Source: Stegostoma tigrinum
Lineage: Eukaryota
Length of the DNA stretch: 64,000 bases
NCBI RefSeq assembly: GCF_030684315.1
Contig: NC_081391.1
Span: 20,234,629-20,298,628 of the forward strand
Direction of reading: 5' to 3'
Below are positions 15,898 to 29,920 of this stretch, piece after piece. The translations under genes and the position numbers were made by a program. Numbering within the stretch: position 1 is the first letter of the stretch; every line of letters starts with the position of its first letter. The notes beneath the pieces are model-generated. The model was given only the letters and a program-made list of their open reading frames with translations. It was not told where the DNA came from and made no database searches.

Positions 15898-16837
15898 TTG
15901 TCTACAAATGTAGCTTTAATTGCACCAGCTGTCCTCAGCAGTTGATTGCTGGAGCAAGAACAGGGACTATGCCACGTTTGTCCCACACGCGACAAGGTGG
16001 GCATTGAGGATAGGAGACACTGTTACAGGAGAGAGCAGATTCCTCACTCAGTCTCCTACAGTGGAGACTTGTTAGAAAATCCAATTCCTTAGCTTGGGAA
16101 ACGAGAACAGTGGTGTATTGCTTGCCCAAAGAAGCATGGAGAAAAAGCAACTTGCATGCCAGATGCTATTGCTGTTACAGTCTTATTAAGGAATATTTTG
16201 AATGCTTAGATTCTACCAGTAAAGTTAACAGAATATTACTGGCAAAACTGAGGCCTGGCAGCACCTGGAGACAGACTTCAGTTGTGGAGTCACCAGGCTC
16301 AACCATTAACTGGTTTAATCAACACACATCCAGAGTTTCACCTGCACCTACCCCGCCACCCCGCAAACCCCAGCAATTTCTATTTTGTTTGATCCCAGCT
16401 TTTAGGAAAGTTGGAGCATTGCTCGGGACAGGGCACCAGTTAAGTGGCTAACAGTTAGATAGAGTGGAGCAATTTTGGTGAAGCTATTCACGAGAGACTA
16501 CTCTTACAGAATTGTCACAGTGAGGACAAGACAGATAGTGAGCATTGCGAACAAGCCAAAAGCTTAACAGTTGTGATTTCCGCAACAATTACTCACTTCA
16601 AAAATTCTCCTGGCTCTGGATTCAGAAACTGAACAAAAATTGCCAGGGCAAGCATCGATTCAATGCAGAGAGCAAAAAGCCGAAGGGACTGAATAATCAG
16701 ATAATAAACAGCCAAATAAATGAAGCAGTCACTCAAAGTCGTCAGATACATGGGCAATGTTTTCATTGACTTTTTTGTGCACTCTGCACTTGCACTAGAA
16801 CACCAGTGTGCAACAGATGGAGTTGTTGAATCCCCAT

Positions 16838-16982
16838 TCAGCTCAGGCTGAGCCTCTCAAACAGATACTCTCCTTTGCCCTTCTGAGGGGCTCCCAGTCT
16901 CTTCAGGTTGGTGATGTGATCTCCCAGCTTTTTGATCATCTTCACTTGCTCATCCAAGTAGTGCCTCTCCAGGAAGTCACAG
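16838..16982 (-). pseudogene. Ferritin copy D, exon 4 only (2-nt deletion; exons 1-3 lost)
   Basis: [46 protein letters not shown]; gaagtcacagct versus gaagtcacacagct in intact copies. The upstream intron runs into a Penelope fragment at 17297. Confidence 0.9.
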
Positions 16983-17296
16983 CTGGAAGACAAGACAAGT
17001 TAGTTGAGTCCATTGAAGACATTTGGAAGTGACCCTCAATTCAGATCTAACAAATCACTGCCAAGTTGAGGGAGAGGGGCACTCTGGTGATTCATTTGGA
17101 CTGTTGTAGATTTAACAGTCTGCAGGAGGCAGTTATGAGACAATTGTATTCCCCCTCCCCCCAGGAGTAGACAAACAGATCACTTTCAGGTTAGAAACAT
17201 TCATCTTTCCTGTAATTTGAAAGTCATCCTGGTAGTTTGTTGCTCTGAAGGCCATCAGCCCTACATGCTGAATTTAGCAGTGGATGGCAAGGAAGC

Positions 17297-17725
17297 ACAC
17301 AACCAGCCCAGCTCTTCCCCTCCCCCCACTGCACCACACAACCAGTCCAACCTGTCTCTGTCTCCCTAACCTGTTCTTCCTCTCACCCATCCCTTCCTCC
17401 CACCCCAAGCCACACCTCCATCTCCTACCTACCAACCTCATCCCACCTCCTTGACCTGTCCATCTACCCTGGACTGACCTATCCCCTCCCCACATCCCCA
17501 CCTATACTCTCCTCTCCACCTATCTTCTTTTCTCTCCATCTTCGGTCCGCCTCCCCCTCTCTCCCTATTTATTCCAGTTCCCTCCCCCCATCCCCCTCTC
17601 TGATGAAGGCTCCAGGCCCGAAACGACAGCTTTTGTGCTCTTGAGATGCTGCTGGGCCTGCTGTGTTCATCCAGCCTCACATTTTATTATCTTGGATTCT
17701 GCAGCATCTGCAGTTCCCATTATCA
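17297..17725 (+). mobile_element. Penelope 3'-terminal fragment with a degenerate hammerhead core
   Basis: Reverse complement of the 18431 terminus, ending ctgcagttcccattatca. Contains ctgatgaaggctccaggcccgaaacgac at 17600-17627. Confidence 0.85.
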
Positions 17726-17819
17726 CTGTTTTGTTGTCCAGCCGGCTTGGGGGGAAACTGAGCACGTTCTGGCCTTTTTAATTCGGCTTTCATATCTGCC
17801 CACTGCCACACGGTTATTA

Positions 17820-20230
17820 CGGTGCTGATGGTGACCATTCGGCCCATCGTATCCACCACCAACTCGCTGAGCGTTTCACCTCTTGCCATTCTCCTGCACT
17901 GTCCCTGTAATCTCCATGTTATTCCCTTTCAGATATCAGTCCTATTCCCTTTTGAATGCGTGAATTGAACCTGCCTCCAACACACTCTCGGACTATACAT
18001 TTCACACCCTATCCACTCGCTGTGTTGGAAGGTTTTTATTTTCGCAGATCACTTCAGCTTCTTTTGCCAATTTTAAACCTGTGCCGTCTTGCACCTGACC
18101 CTTTCACAAATGGGAACATCGTGCCACTGTTTGTTCTTTCTGGATCCGTATTTGAGCCATTTGCTTTCCAGAGAGAAGAGTTCCAGCTTCTCCAATATAT
18201 CCTCACACCTGAAATTCCTCATTCCTGGAGCCATTCCAGGAAGCCTCCTCTGCACTGTCTCCAGTACGTCCACTCTTTCCTTCAGTGTGATGTGCAGAAT
18301 GAGACACAGTATTCCTGTTGGAGTCAAACTTAAGCAGCTTCAGCATAATCACCTTGCTCTTGTACACTTGCCCCTACTAATAAAGCTCAGGGCACTGCGA
18401 GCTTTGTAAACGATTCTCTTAAACAGTCCTCAGAGATAATGGGAACTGCAGGTGCTGGAGAATCTGAGATAACAAAGTGTAGAGCTGGATGAACACAGCA
18501 GGTCATGCAGCATTTGGGCCTAGACCCTTCATCAGAAAAGGGAGATGGGGAGAGAATTCTGAAATAAATAGGGAGAGGGGTAGGCGGACTGAAGAAGAAT
18601 AGAGGAGAAGGTAGGTGGAGAGGAAAGTATGGGTGGGGAGGTAGGGAGGGGGTAGGTCAGTCCGGGGAGGATGGACAGGTCAAAGGGGCCAGGTGAGGTT
18701 AGTAGGTAGGAAATGGAGGTGTGGCTTGAGGTAGGAGGAGGGGCTAGGTGAGAGGAAGAACAGGTTATGGAGGCTGGGACGAGCTGGGCTGGTTTTGGGA
18801 TGCAGTGGGAGGAGGGGAGATTTTGAAGCTGGTCAAATCCACATTGATACCATTGGGCTGCAGAGTTCCCAAGCGGAATATGAGTTGCTGTTCCTGCAAC
18901 CTATGGGTGGCATCATTATGGCACTGCAGGAGGACCAGGATGGACATGTTGTCTCAGGAATGGGAGGGGGGAGTTGAAATGGTGCACGACTGGGAGGCGC
19001 AGTTGTTTACTGCGATCTGAGCGTAGGTGTTCTGCAAAGTGGTCCCAAGCCTCTGCTGCATTTCCCCAATGTAGCAGAAGCTACACCGTGTACAGCAGAT
19101 GCAGCATACCACATGGGCGGATGTGCAGGTGAACATCTCTTTGATGTGGAAAGTCATCTTGGGGCCTGGGATCGGGGTAAGGGAGGTGGTGTGGGGGCAG
19201 GTGCAGCACTTCCTGCGGTTGTAGCAGAAAGTGCTGGGTGTGGTGGGTTTGGACGGGAGTGTGGAGCAGACAAGGACGTCGCAGAGAGAATGGTCTCTCC
19301 GAAAGCAGACAATGGTGGGGATAGAAAAATGTCTTTGGTGGTGGAGTTAGATTGTAGATGGCAGAAGTTTCGGAGGACGATGCGTTATATCCAGAGGTTA
19401 GTGGGGTGGTATGTGAGGACTAGGGGGATCCTCTCGGGGAAGTTATTGCGAGGGTGGTGTGTGAGGGATGAGTTGTGGGAAATGCGGGAGACACGATTGA
19501 GGACATTCTCGCCCACTGCAAGGGGGAAGTGGCGGTCCTGTAAGAACGAGGACATCTGGGATGTGCAGGAGTGGTATGCCTCTCCTTGGAGGAGATGGGG
19601 CAGAGGCAAAGGAATTGGGAATAGGGGATGGAGTTTTTGCAGGAAGGTGGGTCGGTTGAGGCGTATTGCAGGTAGCTGTGGGAGTCGGTGGGCTCGAAAT
19701 GGACATCGGTTTGTAGGTGGTAGCCTGAGATGGAGACAGAAAGTCCAGGAAGGTGAGGGATGTGTTGGAGATGGTCCTTCCACCTTCAATGATGTAATGC
19801 AAATACACCATACAGTTCACTCACTCCTGCACCCTCTTTAGAAATGCACCTTTTATTTTGTATTGTCTCTACATGCTTTTCCCACTTTGAACTTCATCTG
19901 CCACTCGATTGCCGATTCCACCAATATGTCTGTGCCCTTTTGAGGTTCGACACCATGGTCCTCACTCTTATTTTCTTATCATGTACAAACTCTGAAATTG
20001 CATCCCTTATACCAGGCTGTATGTCATTAGCTAAGTTTAGAAAAGCCTGGCTCCTCCCCATAACCCATGGAACTCCACTACAAACCACCCCCTCATCCAA
20101 AGAGCATCCATTGGCATCACTTATGTTTCCAGTAATGCAGCCAACTCCATATCCCTGTCACTGCGCTGCCGTTCATTACAGGGGCTTGAACATTGTGTGG
20201 CACTGTATTATATGTCTTTAGGAAGCCCAC
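17820..20230 (-). mobile_element. Old CR1 LINE relic interrupted by a Penelope insertion
   Basis: Minus-strand ORF VDVLETVQRRLPGMAPGMRNFRCEDILEKLELFSLE (18073-18327). CR1 sequence resumes after ~19775, with GVVCSGVPWVMG (a decayed [10 protein letters not shown]) at 19894-20100. Confidence 0.7.
18431..19775 (-). mobile_element. Penelope-like retroelement, 5'-truncated (RT thumb, Cys linker, GIY-YIG endonuclease, pLTR)
   Basis: Frameshifted pieces TSLTFLD, RIPLVLTYHPT, FTCTSAHVVCCICCTRCSFCYIGE and RLQEQQLIFRLGTLQPNGIN. The terminus reads cagagataatgggaactgca on the + strand. Confidence 0.92.
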
Positions 20231-21463
20231 GTAGACCACACGAACAACAGCCCTCTCGCCTATCTCCTCAAAATACTTGTGCTAGATAGTTGAAAGTGAT
20301 TTTCCTTTTGAGGAGATCTGGCATGGATCTCAAAAAAGATTCATATTCATCCATGTATCTATTACGCAATTTTCAACTCATCTCCATTACTTCCTATCTT
20401 CCACTCCCCAGCATCACTCATGGAAATGCCAGGCGTCTACTCCATCACTTATCCCATTTGGAAACTGAATGAAAAGCTGATGCAAAAGGACAATGCATCG
20501 AGAAGTTGTTGCCTCTTCTCAGTGTTCATAATTTATTGCAGCTACTAATTTCCAATTTCAAAACAATTTCTCACACAGATTTAAAAGATCCACTCCCCAC
20601 CCAAGTCCCCTAACCTGCCATTTCCACATACATGCTGTATATGTTGCTTGCCTTCTATTGAAGGAGAGCTTAACAATGTTGGAGCTGAAAGAGTTTGCAA
20701 ATAAGACCTCTCCTCCTCAGCAATTTCTGTACCCTATTCCCCTGCTGAGAGCTTCACTTCAGACAAACAAGAGGAAAATAAGTGACCCAACCAATGATTG
20801 GCTGCTGTGAACATGAAGCTATTGGGAGGTATGGAAGGGTAGGAGGGAATAAGTAGTAATGAGAAATCAGGGGGAAAGAGGGGGGTGGTGTTGAAGAAGA
20901 AAGAAGGAAGACAAAAAAATGCTTTGAATCCAACTCTGCTTCCTTTAAATCATTCATCTGCTAACCCTCAGTCCCCAAAAGAAACAAAACAAGTCCACAA
21001 GCTGCAGATGGGGGCAGCCTTTGCAGTCGGCAAACTTCGAAAGAGTTCACTTGACCCTTGCTGCTGTTGGAAGGAGGGCAGAGGAAGCACCTAGTGTCTA
21101 ATGTCGTCCGGAGAATAAAGTCATGTCACTAAGTGGTACACACCTGGAAGGCTAATGTAACGCTAAAAGGAAAGGGGAAACGCCTCGTTTACAAATTTGC
21201 CATGAATAAAACGTACGTTCCATATGTGCATGAAATTTATGCTACCTTTAGAGGAAGATATAGAAGTGTGTGAAATTTCTATTGTGGATTTTTTCAGTCA
21301 AGTTACCTGGTTAGCTGTTGGTAATTTAGGTCGTTTAAAAAAACAAAGATCCAAAATCCAGTTCCACAAAGACTTGTATTTCCATTTGGAATGGCAGACA
21401 GAAAAAGGTAAAGTGGGCATCAGAATTAAGTCACAAATGGACCAATTTCTTCTATAACCCCAC

Positions 21464-23650
21464 TCAGCTCAGTGAGAGCCTGTCAAACAGGTACTCTCCC
21501 ATGCCATTGTCAGGGGCTCCCAGTCTCTTCAGGTTGGTGATGTAATCTCCCAGCTTCTTGATCATCTTCACTTGCTCATCCAGGTAGTGCCTCTCCAGGA
21601 AGTCACACAGCTGGAACAAGGAGCCAGAATGTAATGTTAGAGCAGACACATCAACAATCACACCATTGCGCTTTTGCAGTGATATAAGTGTGAATAAGTG
21701 CTGGTATTTGAGAGCAGCTTGCTCTCCAGAAACAATGAACAGACTGGAATAGCTTTATTTGCAACTTTGCAAATGCAGAAATGGTGACAGAAACCTGAGT
21801 TTACCCACCAGGGATCAAACTGCCATTTCACAGAATTGGGTGGAAGTTCTAAACACTTACGCCTCTCACCAAGTCAGCAAAGCACATATCAGTGACTGAC
21901 ATCTATGTTCAGGATGGCTGCTGCTCTCAAACACTGGGACAATAGCAAGCCTATGCTTGTAGAACAGGAATAGCAGATTCCCATGTCACCTTGAGCTCCC
22001 TCGAGACATGCATCCCATCAGGAACTCACATGAGGGTCCGTGTGGCTAGAGGCGAGTTTGTGCAGATCCAGCAGACTCTGGTTCACATCCTTCTCCATCC
22101 GCAGAGCTCTCTGCATTGCCTCCAGACCATTGCCCCACTCATCCTGCTCTGGCTTCTGGAGGGAGAAGACAGTCATTAGTGAGGTTAGAAGGTCCAAGAC
22201 TCGTACAAAGGCAAGAAAATGAAGACATGTGGTAATCTGTGCCATATCCAAACCAAGGATTAATAACAATTCACAATTCACAGAAGGTCATGGAGACCAT
22301 TATCAGACATTTGATCCATCATTAAGAACTGCTGACAGATCAGGGCTAAAGACTGAAACATTTGGATGAAGTTACCTGTATTCAGGCTAGTCTACAGTAA
22401 TGTATCAGTCTAAACTGTCATTGGGGCAAGTTCAGTGCTAAAACCCTTTCATTCTGATTTGTTGATCTTTCAGAAAAGGAAAGAATTAGCAAAACCAACT
22501 CACATCAAGCAGAGACTTTCTATCAAGACACCTCACTCATCTCAACACAAGATGTACAGGGGAGTCTGGGACACCAAGGCCATTGCACAAGCAAGAAACA
22601 ACACAATTTGCATTTACTACAAGAGATAGACCCCAACCTTGATGTCCTGCAGGAGAACACGGCCACCACGTTTATTCTGGAATGCCATCAGTTTCTCAGC
22701 ATGTTCCTGTTCCTCATGGGACTGCTCCTTGAAGAACTCTGCAAAGTGACGGAGGGCAACATCATCCCGGTCAAAGTAAGAGAACTGTAAGCAGAAGGGA
22801 ACAGAAGGCAAGACTAAAATTTCATCACCAGCTTAAAGAGTAAAATAGTAACCTATTTAACAACTGACTGTATCACAAGTCACTTAACAAATAAACAGGT
22901 GACAATTGATCACAGCATTGATGTTACACATCATCTCCAGACAAACATTCCTCTCCTCCTTCCCCCACCACCCTACTCAAGTCAGCAACACTAGCTCCTC
23001 CCCCAAAAGGAACCCAATAATTAGAGACTAAAATATAATCTAATACTGTAATTGCTTCATGGAAACATCCAGTATTAAACATGGACATGAACATTAGACT
23101 TTTCCTGACACCATACACTTCAGAACATAAAAGACAGAGGAGGATGCTAACCAATTGTGCAGTAAGGCTCAGCAGTTAGCACTACTGCCACACAGTGCCA
23201 GGGACCAGGGTTTGATTAAAACTGTGCATGTGAAGTTCACACATTCTCTCCAAAGATGTGGGTTTCCTTTCACTGCCCATATATGCTAAATTGCCCATAG
23301 TGGCCAGGGCAGGGTCACAAGGGGACAGTAGGTGGGAGTGCTCTTGAGATGGACTCAATTGGACAAGTGACCTATATCTACATTATGCAGATGCTAATGA
23401 TTATGATACCCAGCCAAAGAGAACCACTCTCAGAAGGAGTAATTTAGATTTCAACACTCTGCTTATTAAAGAGGAGAACTTCTAGGTCTTATCAGATTTA
23501 CATTTAAATGCATTGTCTCATTTTACAATGCAGACAATCAAGCCTCACCATGGAGAGGTAAACATAAGAGGAATAGAGCTCCAGGTTGATCTGCTTGTTA
23601 ACAGCATCCTCACAGTCCTTGTGATAGTTCTGGCACACTTGGGAAGCCAT
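21464..23650 (-). CDS. Ferritin M/heavy-chain-B-like subunit, copy E (173 aa, intact)
   Basis: Exons 23549-23650, 22638-22784, 22030-22155 and 21464-21610, GT-AG, open frame. Motifs [15 protein letters not shown] and LGDYITNL...FDRLSLS*. Confidence 0.93.
23160..23400 (+). mobile_element. Degenerate V-SINE in intron 1 of ferritin E
   Basis: ggctcagcagttagcactactgccacacagtgccagggaccagggtttgatt...atgctaaattgcccatagtg is homologous to the SINE at 2322. Confidence 0.6.
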
Positions 23651-23717
23651 CTTCACTACTCCTGCTCACTATCACCTCAACACCTCCAGAACTGAACTCC
23701 TTTCCGACGAACTCTTT

Positions 23718-23850
23718 TCTTTATACTCCTGGGTCATCCTGCAATCAACCAGGGAATGACACCACCAATGATGACAGCCAATGAGGAATTGGCATGCATC
23801 CAGGCACCAATGAGGGGAATGGGGTGGAGTGAGATACTCAGAGCCAATCA
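23718..23850 (-). promoter_or_regulatory. Proximal promoter of ferritin E
   Basis: TATAAAGA at 23725-23718; agggaatgacaccaccaatg; further CCAAT boxes at ~23778, ~23807 and ~23844. Confidence 0.65.
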
Positions 23851-25233
23851 GTTTTGAAATGGCAGCAAATCTGTGATTGGTCCCAGGAGCTGAAGGAAGC
23901 CTGAAGGTGACTGGGGGCCAAAAGCAATGTGTTGACTTTTATCTTGCTTCTGGAATGGGGTCAGGCCACTCGGCCTAACAGCAATTATGAATGGATATCA
24001 GTGGTTGGCATCATGAGCAACAGCCATATTCTATGAAATGACTGAAACAAAACTCACTCCAGGGCCAAAATCAGAGTAATATACTCCACATATAGTATAT
24101 TCTGTACTGCATACAATATTGACATAGCCTGTACATTCTAGTCTTCTCCCTCCATCGAGATGATGACTAAACTGCTGTGAGCCTTTTCAGTTCAATTTTG
24201 CTGCAGACTGTGAGTTTTTAAGTCATTTCTACACATGGTTTCCTAACTCTGTGCTTTTCTTCAGTTCCTAGCTCTGTTGCTTTGAAAAAACTCTCATTTA
24301 TCTTGGTGCAAGTTTGCTTTTCCTCACATGTTATTGATGTTGTTGATAATATTCTGCCTGTTTATGGTACTATCGTGCCAACTAATAGAATGCCATCAGG
24401 AAGCGTGAGAGAGATCTCTATTCTTTTGTCAATGTCACATGGAAATATATGGACGTCAGAGGACCCTGTGGGGAAGAGACAGAAACATCGAAACCTAGAA
24501 CACAAGGGCAGGCGGAGGCCATTCAGCCGTTTGAGCCTGCTCCACCATTCTATATGATCATGGCTGATCCCAGCAAACCCAACAGTGTGTTCCTGCTTTC
24601 CCTCCATATCGTTCGATCCCTTTAGCCCCAAGCACTAGATCCAACAATTTGAAATCAATGCTTTGGTCTCAACTGTGTACCGTGGTTGCAGATTCCACAG
24701 GCTCTCCCACTGTCTTGGTGAAGAAATGTAATAGCCCATCCATGACACCAGGTTACACACAAATTGCCGATCGACAGTCAGATACCGACCTGTTTCGGAG
24801 AGTCCACAGTCAGTGTGTATCAGTTTGCTGTTTGGGATGATAAGTATTTTGACTAAGTAACACATGCATTTCTGCATTGACTGGAGATTAATGAAGCTTA
24901 GGGCTTGACGAGTAAAGTTGCCAGCAGCAAGGAATCAGATGTCGCCCTGGCCAAAGATGTTTCACAGTTAGTGTCTGCGAAATGATTAGAACTTTCGGCA
25001 ATCCTGGTGGGTTGATGCCAATCTTATATGTAAACACCTGACTTACACACTGTCCCCCACGCCCTTGCAGAGTGAGCCTGAAGCAGATTTGTCCCAGACC
25101 CTGAATGCGGTAACAAGGTCCTTCCTGATCTGTTACTACTTAACATTGCAGCTGACAGAGACAGATGGGGATCAAGAGCAGAGGAAACATTCAACTGTGT
25201 TCTGAAGCGTCACCGTACTTGAAATGCTTACTC

Positions 25234-25237
<4 letters not shown>

Positions 25238-25272
<35 letters not shown>
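25238..25272. repeat. (TC)n microsatellite
   Basis: About 17 perfect TC units. Confidence 0.95.
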
Positions 25273-25274
<2 letters not shown>

Positions 25275-26409
25275 GGATGCTAGCGGACTAGCTGAGTTTC
25301 TCCTATAACCTGTTTTGTCTCCAGGTTGTCAACATCCACAAATCTTCAGTCCCACTTGCAACGCTTGGGAATTCCCAACAGATCCGAACAAAGACTGTAG
25401 TCACAAGCTAATGACATTATCATTAAATGGTGAATGCAGAAAGTCACCTATGAATTATACTGCAACTTTGCATTCATTTCAGCTACTTTGGAACTAGTCT
25501 AACGATGACCACAAAGCTGTTGTTGGAGAAAGCCCACCTTATCGACTCATGTCCTTGACCGATAGAGTGAGGATATGGAGTTAGGCCAGTAAAAGGAAGC
25601 AGCTTGTATTCTACAAGAGAAACCCAGTAGAAGAGAAACCTGGGTCCCCTCAGGCATGAATTGAGCAAAGCTCCGATTGAGATATTAAGCATTTCCCTTT
25701 GCTTTTATGACCAAAGGATCAGAGTGTGGAGGCTGATACAGCGGCAAGAGTATCGCACACTGTGCCCCTAAGAATAACGTAATTCAAACTCTCCTGAGAG
25801 TAAGCTGGAATTTTTGAAAATGAAAAAAAGGCACTCTTTCATCTCCCTCATTTAAACTCTTACTTGCTAAGGTTTCAGAAGGATGTGCGTAGCTCTGATT
25901 GTTGAGCAAGATATGCAAGCAGATTGTCCAGTTAGAGCCTTGTGGCTCAAGTTAAGGGATACCCTAGCCAGTTTATGGCAAAGGAGAGGTTTAACCTCCG
26001 GCACAGGTCATGCACTAGCATTCGTTAGGCTGGAATGCAGTGGCTACTGAATGAAAAGAAAGCTGAACCAATTAAAGGAAGAGACAGATGTGCAGTCAGG
26101 TTTTCAGGAGCTGAGAAAAAGGCAGATGCACTAGTGGTGTGGAAGGAAAACCTGCAGGATTGTATTAAATGGCAGACAGGAGTCAAGGAAGCTGATGGCC
26201 TACATTCAGACCCCTGCCTTGTACTTCACTGTAGCCACATCACGGGGGAGGTGGGGGGGAAAAGGTAAATGTTTGATGATCAGTCTAGGAATTAGTTACA
26301 CAGGAGAACGTAGTTGAGTGAATATTTTATTTCCACATGCAGCAATAGAGAAACCGATACAAATAATTCTGCTTTCATGTACAATAGTGAAGCAATTCCA
26401 AACTGCCAC

Positions 26410-28536
<2,127 letters not shown>

Positions 28537-28603
28537 CTTCACTATTCCTGCTCACTATCACCTAGACAACTCTAGCACTAATCCTTTGTACTACAATCTC
28601 TGG

Positions 28604-28730
28604 TATTTATACTCCTGGGACATTCTACGCTCAACGAGGGAATGACATCACCAATGATGACTGACATTCCCTGAAAGCCAATTCGGAATCTCCCATGAAT
28701 TTAGCCCCGCCTCTGCCCTCCCACCAATTA
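28604..28730 (-). promoter_or_regulatory. Proximal promoter of ferritin F
   Basis: TATAAATA at 28611-28604. The TGACATCA-CCAAT block and GC box are nearly identical to those of gene C. Confidence 0.7.
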
Positions 28731-29920
28731 GAGAGAGGGTGTGGGTGTATTCGGCAGAGCTGATCAGAGGTGCAGATTGTTGTCAAGTCTGGATGGTTAT
28801 TCTGTGATTGGATCAGCAGTCGGTCATTTAGAATCTCCAATCTGCTGGAACTCTCTATCGGGTCATGGTTAGTTTGAACAAAAAACTAGATTTGGATTTG
28901 GAAAGCTTTTCTTTTTAAACTAAGCTTGTTGTGATCAACTGCAAGAGGTGCTCAATGAAGGAGAATCAGTTTCTGCTGGGATATTGGAGAGAAAGGTCGG
29001 AGATTGGTGGTAGTTCCTAGAAATTTGTAACAGAAACAAACAGGACAAAGACAGGAAGGATGTTTCTGATGACCAATGCGCCCAGAACCAAGGGTCACTG
29101 TCTAAGGATATAGAGTAGTCTGTTTGGGATTGAGTTGAGGAGAAATGTCTTCAGCCAGACAGTGGGGAGTCTGTTGTATTCTCTGGGACAAGAAACAGTT
29201 GAGGCCAAAATACTGAAGGTTTTGAAGAGTTAGATGTAGCTGATAGGGCTATGGGGATCAAAGGGTATGGAGAGAGAGTGTGAAGATGGTACTGAGTTAA
29301 GGGATTACCCATGATCATGTGGGATGCCAGAGCAGGCTGGAAAGGCTGTATCAAAATGGTTCATAATTTTGAACATTTCAATCAGGTCATCTTTTAATCG
29401 TCTCTGCTCCAAGGAGATAAGGCCAATTTTTAAAATCTTTCCTGGTATCATTCCAGCAAATCTCCTTTGCACAGTGTCCAGGGCTTTAATGCCCTCCCTT
29501 ACAAACAGTGCCCAGAATTGAACACAATACTCTAATGTGGTCTGACCAATGGTGTGTAGTGGTGTAGCGTTACTTCTTTGCTTTTATACTCTCGGGCTCT
29601 CCTTAAAAACACAAGGTTCCTATAAGCCTTCTTCATGACTGTTTCATCTTGCCTGGCCACCTTCAGGGAATTGTAGTTTTAAATCCTGAGGGCTCTCTGC
29701 TCCTGTACTCACCTTGACGTTGTTCCATTGAACCTGTATTATCTCTTCATGTCTCCATGTTTCTTCTACCAAACTGCATTTCTTGCATTTTTTTGTGTTG
29801 AAATTATAAAGTGATTGCCAACATCAAATCTTACCCAATAAAAATCAAATGATCCTAATTCTGAAGTCTTCAAATGACCCCCCCCGCCCCCCCGCCCCGC
29901 CTGTGTGTGTGTGTCCACTA

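Noticed and set aside
19113-19841. Longest ORF in the track (242 aa, + strand)
   Set aside because: It is antisense to the Penelope coding region and is broken in the paralogous copies at ~38100 and ~63470.
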